Notes under the pieces: generated by a model | Told to the model about the DNA's origin: nothing | What the model saw: the letters and a program-made list of their open reading frames with translations, nothing else | Databases searched by the model: none | In this document: piece after piece, positions 46,383 through 57,548 of the stretch | Position numbering within the stretch: the first letter of the stretch is position 1 | Layout: each line of letters opens with the position of its first letter | NCBI GenBank assembly: GCA_965602395.1 | Contig: CBFCYW010000001.1 | Coordinates: 2,846-66,845 of the forward strand | Length of the DNA: 64,000 bases | From: an uncultured Chromatiales bacterium | GTDB taxonomy: Bacteria; Pseudomonadota; Gammaproteobacteria; CBFCYW01 | Reading direction: 5' to 3' | Made by a program: the position numbers and the translations under genes

Positions 46383-47240
46383 ATGACGCAATCCGATCAT
46401 TCCGAACGCCCCTTTCTGGGGTTCGGTCTCGGCCTGCGGCCGGACCACTACCCGACGATCGTCGAGCAGCGCCCGGCTGTGGACTGGTTCGAGATCCTCT
46501 CCGAGAACTACATGATCGAGGGTGGCAAACCGCTGCACTTTCTCGATCACATCCGCCGCGATTACCCGCTGGCCATGCACGGCGTTTCCATGTCGCTGGG
46601 CAGTACCGACCCGCTGAATATGAGCTATCTGCGCGATTTGCGCGCACTGATCGACCGCGTGCAGCCGGTCTGGGTCTCCGACCACCTGTGCTGGACCGGT
46701 GTCGATGCCCACAATCTGCACGACCTGCTGCCGTTGCCCTACACCGAGGAGGCCATCGAGCACGTCGTCGAGCGGGTCTGTCGCGTGCAGGATTTTCTCG
46801 GCCGGCGGATCCTGCTGGAGAATCTATCCAGCTACGTCACTTACACCGAATCGGCGATGAGCGAATGGGAGTTTCTCAGCGCCATTGTCGAACGGGCCGA
46901 CTGCCTGATTCTGCTCGATGTGAACAACATCTTCGTCTCCGCCGTGAACCACGCTTTCGATCCGCTCGACTACCTGCGCGGCGTGCCCGCAGAGCGCGTC
47001 TGGCAGTTTCACGTCGCCGGCCACAGCCGCAACGCCAGCGGGCGGATTCTGGTCGACACCCACGACCAACCGGTGTGCGATGAGGTCTGGGCGCTGTACG
47101 CCGAAGCCGTGCGCCAGTTCGGACCGGTTTCGGCGATGATCGAGCGCGACGGCAATATTCCGCCCTTCGACGAACTGTTCGCGGAGCTGCAACAGGCGCG
47201 GCGCATCGCCGAGCCGATCCTCGCCGAGCACGCCGCGTGA
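46383..47240 (+). CDS. DUF692 / MNIO (multinuclear non-haem iron oxidase, MbnB/BufB-like) RiPP maturase
   Basis: Motifs [61 protein letters not shown] and QFHVAGHS are the UPF0276/DUF692 TIM-barrel signature. Confidence 0.9.
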   Translation: MTQSDHSERPFLGFGLGLRPDHYPTIVEQRPAVDWFEILSENYMIEGGKPLHFLDHIRRDYPLAMHGVSMSLGSTDPLNMSYLRDLRALIDRVQPVWVSDHLCWTGVDAHNLHDLLPLPYTEEAIEHVVERVCRVQDFLGRRILLENLSSYVTYTESAMSEWEFLSAIVERADCLILLDVNNIFVSAVNHAFDPLDYLRGVPAERVWQFHVAGHSRNASGRILVDTHDQPVCDEVWALYAEAVRQFGPVSAMIERDGNIPPFDELFAELQQARRIAEPILAEHAA

Positions 47241-48025
47241 GCGGTCTGCGCGGATTGCAAAAGGGCTTTGCCGCAGCGCTGCTGCGCGGCGAGCCGGCGA
47301 TTGCCGAACGCATCGTCTCGGATGACGCCGGCAGCGCCGGCGAGCGTCTGGAGATCTACGCCCACGCTTACGTGGCACGCCTTCAGGAAGCGCTGGAGGT
47401 GGATTTTCCGGGCTTGCTGGCGCTGCTCGGCGAAGATTTCTATCGCGCCACCCGCGAGTACATCCGCGACAACCCCTCGCACTACGCCTCGGTGCGCTGG
47501 TACGGCAACCGTTTTGCCGACTGGCTGGCGGCCGCCGAACCCTGGTGTCAGCGACCGGAACTGATCGAGCTGGCGCGCTTTGAGTGGGCGCTGGCAGCGG
47601 TGTTCGATGCCGCCGATGAGCAGCTCGCCACACTGGAGCAGCTGATGGCGGTTCCACCCGAGCACTGGGGCGGCATGCGACTGCACCCGGTAGCGGCGAT
47701 GCAACGGCTCGATCTGCACTACAATGTGGCGCCGCTGCGCGAGGCTGCACGCAACGGCGAGCCGTTGCCGGAGCTGTCTGGCGATGATCAGCCGGTAGCC
47801 TGGCTGGTGTGGCGCAAGGGGCTGGACCCGCACTGGCGCTCGCTGGAGGTCGATGAGGCATGGGCGCTGGATCGCTGTGCCGAGGGCGCCGATTTCGCCG
47901 CGATCTGCGCGGGGCTGTGCGAATGGGTCGACGAGGCCAATGCACCATTGCGCGCAGTCGGATTTCTACAGCAGTGGCTGGGTGATGAGCTGCTGAGCCG
48001 GATCGAGCCGGCTACCCCATCGTGA
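47237..48025 (+). CDS. DUF2063 family protein (BufC/HvfC-like partner of the MNIO enzyme)
   Basis: The GTG start overlaps the DUF692 stop (GTGA). Motifs [42 protein letters not shown] and ELARFEWAL. Confidence 0.8.
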   Translation: MSGLRGLQKGFAAALLRGEPAIAERIVSDDAGSAGERLEIYAHAYVARLQEALEVDFPGLLALLGEDFYRATREYIRDNPSHYASVRWYGNRFADWLAAAEPWCQRPELIELARFEWALAAVFDAADEQLATLEQLMAVPPEHWGGMRLHPVAAMQRLDLHYNVAPLREAARNGEPLPELSGDDQPVAWLVWRKGLDPHWRSLEVDEAWALDRCAEGADFAAICAGLCEWVDEANAPLRAVGFLQQWLGDELLSRIEPATPS

Positions 48026-48086
48026 GCATTCTGCCGCCGCGCGGGTGGCGCTAGAATGCGCCCCCCTGAAATTTGCCGAGGCCGCG

Positions 48087-48344
48087 ATGATGTCCGATAA
48101 ACCCGCCAACGATGAGCCGCGACAGCCTGCCGGCGAGCCGCAGCAGGCCGAGCCGGGCCTCGGTTTCTGGGGTGTCACCAAAAGCATTCTATGGGCCGGC
48201 CTCGGGGTGCAGAGCGAGGCCAATCGCCAGCGTGATTTCAAACAGGGAAAGATGGTCCACTTCGTCATCGGTGGGCTGATTGGCACGCTGCTTTTCATGC
48301 TCGTCGTGTGGCTGTGGGTGCAGTCGATGCTCGCCGGTACCTGA
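48087..48344 (+). CDS. DUF2970-like small membrane protein
   Basis: The segment FWGVTKSILWAGLGVQSEANRQRDFKQGKMVHFVIGGLIGTLLFML matches my memory of DUF2970. The ATG at 48087 or 48090 follows a GAGG. Confidence 0.6.
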   Translation: MMSDKPANDEPRQPAGEPQQAEPGLGFWGVTKSILWAGLGVQSEANRQRDFKQGKMVHFVIGGLIGTLLFMLVVWLWVQSMLAGT

Positions 48345-48401
48345 TAGTCCGCAGCGCTCGCGACCGCGAGCGAATTACAGGGCTGTGCGTAATCGTATGA
48401 A

Positions 48402-48754
<353 letters not shown>

Positions 48755-48784
48755 TCAGTCGCCATCCGGACTTGGGGCAGCGCC

Positions 48785-50158
48785 TTGTTTGATCGCCCGG
48801 GCAGTGGTGAGAAAACTCTGCTGGTCCACGTCTCGCTAGGCCAGCCCAGCTGTGCCGAGGCGCGACGGGAGTTCGCTGAACTGGCGGTCTCCGCCGGCGC
48901 TTCGATTCTCGGTGACATCGATGCGCTGCGCGCCAGGCCCGATCCGCGCTATTTCATCGGCGGCGGCAAGGTGGACGAGATCGCTTCGGCGGTCGCCGCA
49001 CTCGGCGCCGACATCGTCATGTTTGATCACGCATTGAGCCCGAGTCAGGAGCGCAATCTGGAAAAGCGCCTGCAGTGCCGAGTGCTCGATCGCGCCGGAT
49101 TGATCCTCGATATTTTCGCCCAGCGCGCGCGCTCATTTGAGGGCAAGCTGCAGGTGGAGCTTGCACAATTGCAGCACCTGTCGACGCGGCTGGTGCGCGG
49201 CTGGACCCACCTGGAGCGGCAGAAGGGCGGGATCGGCCTGCGCGGTCCGGGCGAGACCCAGCTGGAGACCGATCGCCGCTTGCTCGCCCAGCGTATCAAG
49301 CAGATCCGCCGCCGGCTCGACAACGTGCGTCGCCAGCGCGAGCAGGGGCGCGCCGCCAGACGCAAGGCCGAGGTGCCCACGGTGGCGCTGGTCGGCTACA
49401 CCAACGCGGGCAAATCGACCCTCTTCAACAGTCTCGCCGGCGCCGGGGTCTACGCCGCCGACCAGCTCTTTGCCACCCTCGACCCGACCCTGCGCCGGCT
49501 GGCACTGGGCGACGGTCAGGCGCTGGTTCTGGCGGACACCGTTGGCTTTGTCAGCGATCTGCCCCACGAACTGGTGGCGGCATTTCACGCCACCCTGCAG
49601 GAAACGCGCGATGCCGATCTACTGCTGCACGTGATCGACGCCGCCGACGAGCAGCGCGGCGAACACATCGCCGACGTGGAAGCGGTGCTCGACGAGATCG
49701 GCGCCGGCGAAGTGCCGGTGCTGCGCATCTACAACAAGATCGATTGCTGTGCTGCGAGCGCGCACATCGAGCGCGACGAGAGCGGAACGGCGCGCGCCAT
49801 CTGGCTGTCGGCCGCCAGTGGCGAAGGGCTGGAACTCCTGCGCGAGGCGCTCGCCGACAGCTTTCGCCGCAGCCGCGTCTCGGGCTGCCTGCAGCTCGGC
49901 CCGCAGCAGGGCCGCCTGCGTTCGGCGCTATACGCCGAGGATGCCGTGCTCGGCGAAGAATCCACAGAGGATGGCGGTGCGCGACTTGAGATCGATCTCG
50001 ATCAGGTCGCCTGGCAGCGAATTGCCAAACGTGAGGGCCTGTCCGACGATGTGCTGCAGACATCGGCTGTGCCAGTCGCCGCGGACATGGCGAACAAGGC
50101 GGGCGAGGCTGCCGCCGAATCGGCAGTCCAGCTTGCCGCGGGCGCCGCGCGCCCCTAG
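48785..50158 (+). CDS. hflX: GTPase HflX
   Basis: TTG start giving (M)FDRPGSGEKTLLVHV. G motifs GYTNAGKST, DTVGF and NKID. Confidence 0.9.
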   Translation: MFDRPGSGEKTLLVHVSLGQPSCAEARREFAELAVSAGASILGDIDALRARPDPRYFIGGGKVDEIASAVAALGADIVMFDHALSPSQERNLEKRLQCRVLDRAGLILDIFAQRARSFEGKLQVELAQLQHLSTRLVRGWTHLERQKGGIGLRGPGETQLETDRRLLAQRIKQIRRRLDNVRRQREQGRAARRKAEVPTVALVGYTNAGKSTLFNSLAGAGVYAADQLFATLDPTLRRLALGDGQALVLADTVGFVSDLPHELVAAFHATLQETRDADLLLHVIDAADEQRGEHIADVEAVLDEIGAGEVPVLRIYNKIDCCAASAHIERDESGTARAIWLSAASGEGLELLREALADSFRRSRVSGCLQLGPQQGRLRSALYAEDAVLGEESTEDGGARLEIDLDQVAWQRIAKREGLSDDVLQTSAVPVAADMANKAGEAAAESAVQLAAGAARP

Positions 50159-50217
50159 AATTTCGCGCTTGCAGTAGCGCGTCTGACACCAGAAATTCAC
50201 TAGTTACGGAGCGATAT

Positions 50218-51408
50218 ATGGCCTGGAATGAGCCGGGTGGCGGTAATCGGGACCCATGGGGGGGCAACCGGAATGACAAGGGGCCGCCGGATCTCGACGA
50301 GGTCTTCAAGAACCTGCAGAGCAAGTTCGGCGGCATTTTCGGGCGCCGCGGTGGTGGCTCGGGCAATGGTGGTTCCGGTGGCGGGCGCTTCAGTTCGATC
50401 GGTGGCACGCTGATCATCGTCATTGCGGCGATCGCCTGGCTGGCCTCGGGTATCTATCTGATCCAGCCTGCCGAGCGCGGTGTGGTCACCCAGTTTGGGC
50501 GCTATGTGGCGACCACTACCCCGGGGCCCCACTGGCATCTGCCGTGGCCGATTCAGAGCGTGGAAAAGGTCAATGTCGACCAGATCCGCTCGGTGCTGAT
50601 GCGCAAGCAGTCGATGCTCACCCGCGATGAGAATATCGTCGAGATCGACATGTCGGTGCAGTACAACATCAAGAATGCCGAGGATTTCCTCTTTAAGGTA
50701 CGCACCCCCGACGCCACGCTGCAGCAGGTCGCCGAGAGCGCGATCCGCGAGGTGATCGGTGGCAACGATATGGACTTCATCATCACCCAGGGGCGCGATG
50801 CCATTGCCGCCGGCACCAAGGAGCGTGCGCAGGCGATCCTCGATGACTATTCCACAGGGCTCTTTCTGACTACCGTCAACCTCGAGGGCGCGCAGCCACC
50901 GGAGCCTGTACAGGCCGCCTTCTCCGACGCCATCAAGGCGCGCGAGGATGAGCAGCGTTTCATCAACGAAGCCGAGGCCTACGCCAACGAGATCATCCCC
51001 CGCGCCCGTGGTGACGCCCGCCAGATTCTCGAACAGGCCAAGGGCTACCGCACCCGCGTGACCAAATCCGCCGAGGGTGAGGCCAACCGCTTCACCGCGC
51101 TGCTGCGCGAGTATGAGAAAGCGCCCGGGGTGACCCGCGATCGCCTCTACATCGATGCGGTGGAGAGCGTCCTCAGCCGTTCCAGCAAGGTGGTGGTCGA
51201 CGTCGAGGGTGGCAACAACCTGATGTACCTGCCGCTGGATAAACTGATCGGCCGCGATGGTGCGTCCCAGGCTGCCGACGACATGCGCAACTTCCGTCCG
51301 GGTTCGAGCACGCCGCTGCCGACCCCCGAAGCCCAGTTCACCCCGTCATCGTCGCGCCTGCGCAACAGCGGCGATAGCGGCAACCGCAGAGCAAGGGAGC
51401 CGCGTTGA
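50218..51408 (+). CDS. hflK: FtsH protease modulator HflK
   Basis: N-terminus MAWNEPGGG..., a Gly-rich stretch, a TM segment and an SPFH domain. Confidence 0.9.
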   Translation: MAWNEPGGGNRDPWGGNRNDKGPPDLDEVFKNLQSKFGGIFGRRGGGSGNGGSGGGRFSSIGGTLIIVIAAIAWLASGIYLIQPAERGVVTQFGRYVATTTPGPHWHLPWPIQSVEKVNVDQIRSVLMRKQSMLTRDENIVEIDMSVQYNIKNAEDFLFKVRTPDATLQQVAESAIREVIGGNDMDFIITQGRDAIAAGTKERAQAILDDYSTGLFLTTVNLEGAQPPEPVQAAFSDAIKAREDEQRFINEAEAYANEIIPRARGDARQILEQAKGYRTRVTKSAEGEANRFTALLREYEKAPGVTRDRLYIDAVESVLSRSSKVVVDVEGGNNLMYLPLDKLIGRDGASQAADDMRNFRPGSSTPLPTPEAQFTPSSSRLRNSGDSGNRRAREPR

Positions 51409-52277
51409 TGAACCGTTCCTCGATGATCATCGTCGTGGTGGCGCTGGCGGCGCTGATTTTCGCCGCCTCCACCTTCACCGTCCACGAGCGTGAAAAGGCC
51501 ATCAAGCTGGCCCTGGGTGAGATTGTGCGCGCCGACTACAAGCCGGGGCTGCACTTCAAGATCCCCTTCTATAACACGGTGCACGTGTTCGATGGTCGCA
51601 TCCTGACCCTCGATGCACGCCCCGCGCGGGTGCTCACCAGCGAGAAGAAAAACGTCGTCGTCGACGCCTTCGTCAAGTGGCGCATCGCCAACGTCGAGCG
51701 CTTCTTCCGCGCCACCTCCGGGGACGAACGCAACGCGCTGACGCGGCTTTCGCAGTTCACCAACAAGAGCGTCTTGGACGCGGTCGGCAAGCGCACCGTA
51801 AAAGAGGTCATCGCCGGCGAGCGCGTCGAGTTGATGGGCGAGGTGCAGACCCAGGTCAACCTCGCGGCCAGTGAGCTGGGCGTGGAAGTGACCGATGTGC
51901 GGGTGAAAAAGGTCGAGCTGCCACCGGATGTGTCCGACGCGGTTTACAGCCGCATGGAAAAAGAGCGCGCCACTGTGGCCAAGGCTTTCCGCTCGCGCGG
52001 TGAGGAGCAGGCCAAGGGCATCCGTGCCGACGCCGAGCGCCAGCGCGAAGAAGTGCTCGCCGAAGCCTATGCTGAATCCGAGCAGATCCGCGGTGAGGGC
52101 GATGCCGTCGCCGCCGCGACCTACGCCGCGGCCTACGGCGCCAACCGCGAGTTCTACAACCTCTACCGCAGCCTCAACGCCTACCGCAACGCCTTCGGCG
52201 GCGCCGGCGACGTGCTCGTGCTGCAGCCGGATTCGGAATTCTTCCGCTACTTTAACCAGTCGAGCGGAAACCAGTAG
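51405..52277 (+). CDS. hflC: FtsH protease modulator HflC
   Basis: SPFH domain and a 4-nt overlap with hflK. Confidence 0.9.
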   Translation: MMNRSSMIIVVVALAALIFAASTFTVHEREKAIKLALGEIVRADYKPGLHFKIPFYNTVHVFDGRILTLDARPARVLTSEKKNVVVDAFVKWRIANVERFFRATSGDERNALTRLSQFTNKSVLDAVGKRTVKEVIAGERVELMGEVQTQVNLAASELGVEVTDVRVKKVELPPDVSDAVYSRMEKERATVAKAFRSRGEEQAKGIRADAERQREEVLAEAYAESEQIRGEGDAVAAATYAAAYGANREFYNLYRSLNAYRNAFGGAGDVLVLQPDSEFFRYFNQSSGNQ

Positions 52278-52331
52278 AATTGCCCGCGCCGCTCCGGCGG
52301 CACGAGCAACCGAATACGGCCTCATTCATCG

Positions 52332-52361
52332 ATCGGGCGGTCTGCACCGCCCGATTTTTTT
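52332..52361 (+). terminator. rho-independent terminator after hflC
   Basis: ATCGGGCGG-tctgca-CCGCCCGAT stem followed by a 7-T run. Confidence 0.75.
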
Positions 52362-52375
52362 CGTCGGAATTCCGG

Positions 52376-52558
52376 ATGAGCGAAATACTCTCCGCCGTCG
52401 CCCTGCTGTTGGTCATCGAGGGGCTGCTGCCCTTCGCCAGTCCGCGCGCCTACCGCCAGGCTGTCGCCCAGCTGGCGCGACTGCCGGACCGACAGCTGCG
52501 TCTGGTGGGGCTGGCCAGCATGCTCGCTGGCGTGCTGCTGCTGTACTGGATTCGCTGA
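52376..52558 (+). CDS. DUF2065 family small membrane protein
   Basis: The segment MSEILSAVALLLVIEGLLPFASPRAYRQ is in the conserved position between hflC and hisZ. Confidence 0.7.
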   Translation: MSEILSAVALLLVIEGLLPFASPRAYRQAVAQLARLPDRQLRLVGLASMLAGVLLLYWIR

Positions 52559-52590
52559 ACCCCCGGGCCGCGCCCGGCAAGCACTGCAAC

Positions 52591-55096
<2,506 letters not shown>

Positions 55097-55123
55097 ATCC
55101 GGCTGTCGCCGGGATCGGCGCCG

Positions 55124-55936
55124 CTACATCTGCCGAAAGCGCCAGGCGTAGGCGCGGCTCACGGTGAGCGTCCGCTCGCTGTCGCGCAGGCGCAGTTCGA
55201 GGCGGCCGTGGAATTGGCGGCTGATCTCGGCGATGGCGGCCACGTTGACAATGCTGGCGCGGTGCACGCGCCAGAAACTGTCCGGGTCGAGGCTCGCTTC
55301 CAGCTCGCGGATGCTGGTGCGGATCGGGTAGTCGCCGTCGGCGGTAATCACGCTGGTGTACTTGTCTTCGGCGACGAAGCACAGCACCTCACTGACCGAC
55401 AGCAGTTTGACCCGCTCGCCGATCGCGGCGCGAATCCACTGCAAGCGGCCATCGCTGCCGCCCACCCCGGTGCTGGCGTTGGCAGCCACCGCTTTCGCCC
55501 CGCCTTCCCCCTTCGCCGCGGCGCCGCCGAGGCTCTGCAGCAGTGCCTCGATCAGCGCCGCATCGGGTGCTGGCGCGCACTGCTGGCGCAGCCGCTCCAC
55601 GCTCTGCGCCAGTCGCGCGTCGCTGACCGGCTTGAGCAGGTAGTCCAGCGCGGCGTGCTCGAAGGCTTCCACGGCGTGTTCGTCGTAGGCGGTGACGAAC
55701 ACCGGGCGACAGCCGGCCGGCAGTTGGCGAGCCACTTGCAGGCCGCTGCGACCGGGCATGCGGATGTCGAGAAAGGCGATGTCGGGTCGCAGCGCAGCGA
55801 GCTGTGCTGCGGCCTCATCGCCGTCGTGGCAGACGGCGACGATCTCCAGCTCCGGCCACAACAGCGCCAGGCGCCGGATCAGATCCCGAGCCAGCGCCGG
55901 TTCATCCTCGGCGATCAGCGCGCGCGTTGCGTTCAT
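55124..55936 (-). CDS. LytR/AlgR-family response regulator (REC + LytTR)
   Basis: REC domain (LIAEDEP, FLDIRMPG). A Gly/Ala-rich linker precedes a C-terminal LytTR domain (FVAEDKYTSVIT...RVHRASIVN). Confidence 0.85.
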   Translation of the reverse strand: MNATRALIAEDEPALARDLIRRLALLWPELEIVAVCHDGDEAAAQLAALRPDIAFLDIRMPGRSGLQVARQLPAGCRPVFVTAYDEHAVEAFEHAALDYLLKPVSDARLAQSVERLRQQCAPAPDAALIEALLQSLGGAAAKGEGGAKAVAANASTGVGGSDGRLQWIRAAIGERVKLLSVSEVLCFVAEDKYTSVITADGDYPIRTSIRELEASLDPDSFWRVHRASIVNVAAIAEISRQFHGRLELRLRDSERTLTVSRAYAWRFRQM

Positions 55937-57207
55937 TGTGACGTTTCGACGGCTGCGGTGGCGGTTTCCCTGGCGTCGTTTGTGTTGCGATCGGTCGAGG
56001 AACCGGCTGCGGCAATGGCCGTGTCGTGGTCATCGATGGCGGCTGCCGTCGGCGCGGCTCCGGCGCTTTCGGCCTGGCTGGTCGCGTCCTGGAGCGCCCA
56101 GGGCTGGGCGATGATCGGCAGGCTGAGTCGCGCGGTGAGGCCGCCACCGCGGTTTTCTTCCAGCTCCAGCGCCGCGCCGCCGTTGTAGTAGCCGCGCAGT
56201 CGTGCGCGCAGGTTTTCCAGCCCGTTGCCGCTGCCCGAGGTCTGACTCGACGGGTTGAGGCCGATGCCGTTATCGCTCACTTCGAGCAGGATTTCTCCAC
56301 TGCCCGGCGCGCCGTCGCCGCCCTCGTGGCGGCCGAGAATCAACAGGCGGCCGCCGCGTGGGCAGGGTTCGAGGCCGTGGATGATGGCGTTCTCCACCAG
56401 AGGCTGGAGCAGCATCGGTGGCATGGGCTGGGTGCGCAGGGCCTCGTCGACGTAGATGGCCACCGCCAGCCGGCCACCCATTCGCTGGCACATCAGCGCC
56501 AGATAGCTTTGCAGGAGATCGAGTTCTTCGCCGAGGGTGCAGTGGCTCTGCCGGCTGTGGCGCAGGCTGGCGCGCAGATAGTTGATCAATTCGCCGAGCA
56601 GCGCGCGGCCCTGGGACGGGTCTTCGGCGAGCAGGCTGTCGACGTGCGCCAGGCTGTTGAAAAGAAAGTGCGGCTCGACCTGCGCGCGCAGCAGGCGCAG
56701 CTGCATCTGTGCCTCTTCACGCTGCACTTCGGCGGTGCGCAGGCGTTGCTGCTGGAGTGCGCCGCGGGCCTCGTGCAGCCGTTGTTGCAGGGTGAAGTAG
56801 GCGGTGGCGATGGTGCCGAACAGCAGGCCGATGAGCACTATCTGCCAGTAGACGTCCGTGCCACCGCTGGCGTTGAGCTGATTGCCTGGCGTGACGTCGA
56901 ACAGCAGGCTTGAGAGCTGGTAGCCGAGAGCCGTGCCAAGCAGCGATCCGGCGACTATGGCCAGTGGTGTCGCCAGTGGCTGCAGCCGGTCGTGTCGCTG
57001 GCCGAGCCGGCTCAGGGTGATTTCCACCGCGCTGAGGATGGATAGGCCGACGCACTGAGAAAACAGCAGGTTGACAGCGAAGCTGCCGCCATAACCGATA
57101 GAGGTCAGGAAGATGGCGATCAGCAGGTTGCCGATGATCACCATCGCGGCACGCAGCCAGCGCGGCCAAAGATTCCAGCCGCGCCTGACGTGTGTCGCGA
57201 GGCCCAT
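55933..57207 (-). CDS. LytS/YehU-type sensor histidine kinase
   Basis: Multi-TM N-terminus. His_kinase box QVEPHFLFNSLAHV. HATPase region (ENAIIHGLEP, DNGIG). 4-nt overlaps with both flanking genes. Confidence 0.8.
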   Translation of the reverse strand: MGLATHVRRGWNLWPRWLRAAMVIIGNLLIAIFLTSIGYGGSFAVNLLFSQCVGLSILSAVEITLSRLGQRHDRLQPLATPLAIVAGSLLGTALGYQLSSLLFDVTPGNQLNASGGTDVYWQIVLIGLLFGTIATAYFTLQQRLHEARGALQQQRLRTAEVQREEAQMQLRLLRAQVEPHFLFNSLAHVDSLLAEDPSQGRALLGELINYLRASLRHSRQSHCTLGEELDLLQSYLALMCQRMGGRLAVAIYVDEALRTQPMPPMLLQPLVENAIIHGLEPCPRGGRLLILGRHEGGDGAPGSGEILLEVSDNGIGLNPSSQTSGSGNGLENLRARLRGYYNGGAALELEENRGGGLTARLSLPIIAQPWALQDATSQAESAGAAPTAAAIDDHDTAIAAAGSSTDRNTNDARETATAAVETSQ

Positions 57208-57491
57208 CAGTGGGGCTCCCGATTCATCAGCTCGGCCACTTTGCGGGCTTCCCACTCCTCGCCCAGCCAGTGCTGTGGCAGATACAGCACCGCAGCGTGG
57301 CAGGCGAGGCCGATGCCCCAGCCGAACAGCGGATAGAAAAACCACAGTTTGCCGGGGCTGCCCAACAGATCGATGAGCAGCAGGCCGATGTTGACCACGG
57401 CGTAGATGGCGGCGTGGATGTACAGGCCGCGCAGGCGGTGCACCTGTTTGCGAATGCGTTGCTCGGTCAGCTGGCTGTCGTTTTGCGGCAT
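57207..57491 (-). CDS. 2TM-domain small membrane protein
   Basis: The segment RLRGLYIHAAIYAVVNIGLLLIDLL...WFFYPLFGWGIGLACHA gives two TM helices. Its stop overlaps the kinase ATG. Confidence 0.6.
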   Translation of the reverse strand: MPQNDSQLTEQRIRKQVHRLRGLYIHAAIYAVVNIGLLLIDLLGSPGKLWFFYPLFGWGIGLACHAAVLYLPQHWLGEEWEARKVAELMNREPH

Positions 57492-57548
57492 GGCTCGATC
57501 CTCGCTAAAAGTGATGGCTGTGACAATCGATGCGGGCGATCCTTCGCC

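Noticed and set aside
45825-46763. 312-aa and 164-aa minus-strand ORFs across the two small Cys-rich genes
   Set aside because: They are antisense to the precursor genes. The precursor genes have RBSs, signal peptides and a protein-level conservation pattern (synonymous-only divergence) that fixes the coding strand as plus.
51928-52590. N-terminal 220 codons of the 618-aa ORF containing hisZ
   Set aside because: The extension overlaps hflC and DUF2065 in another frame and is Pro/Ala/Arg/Ser-rich. The HisZ homology begins at MNQDRWRLPEG (52591).
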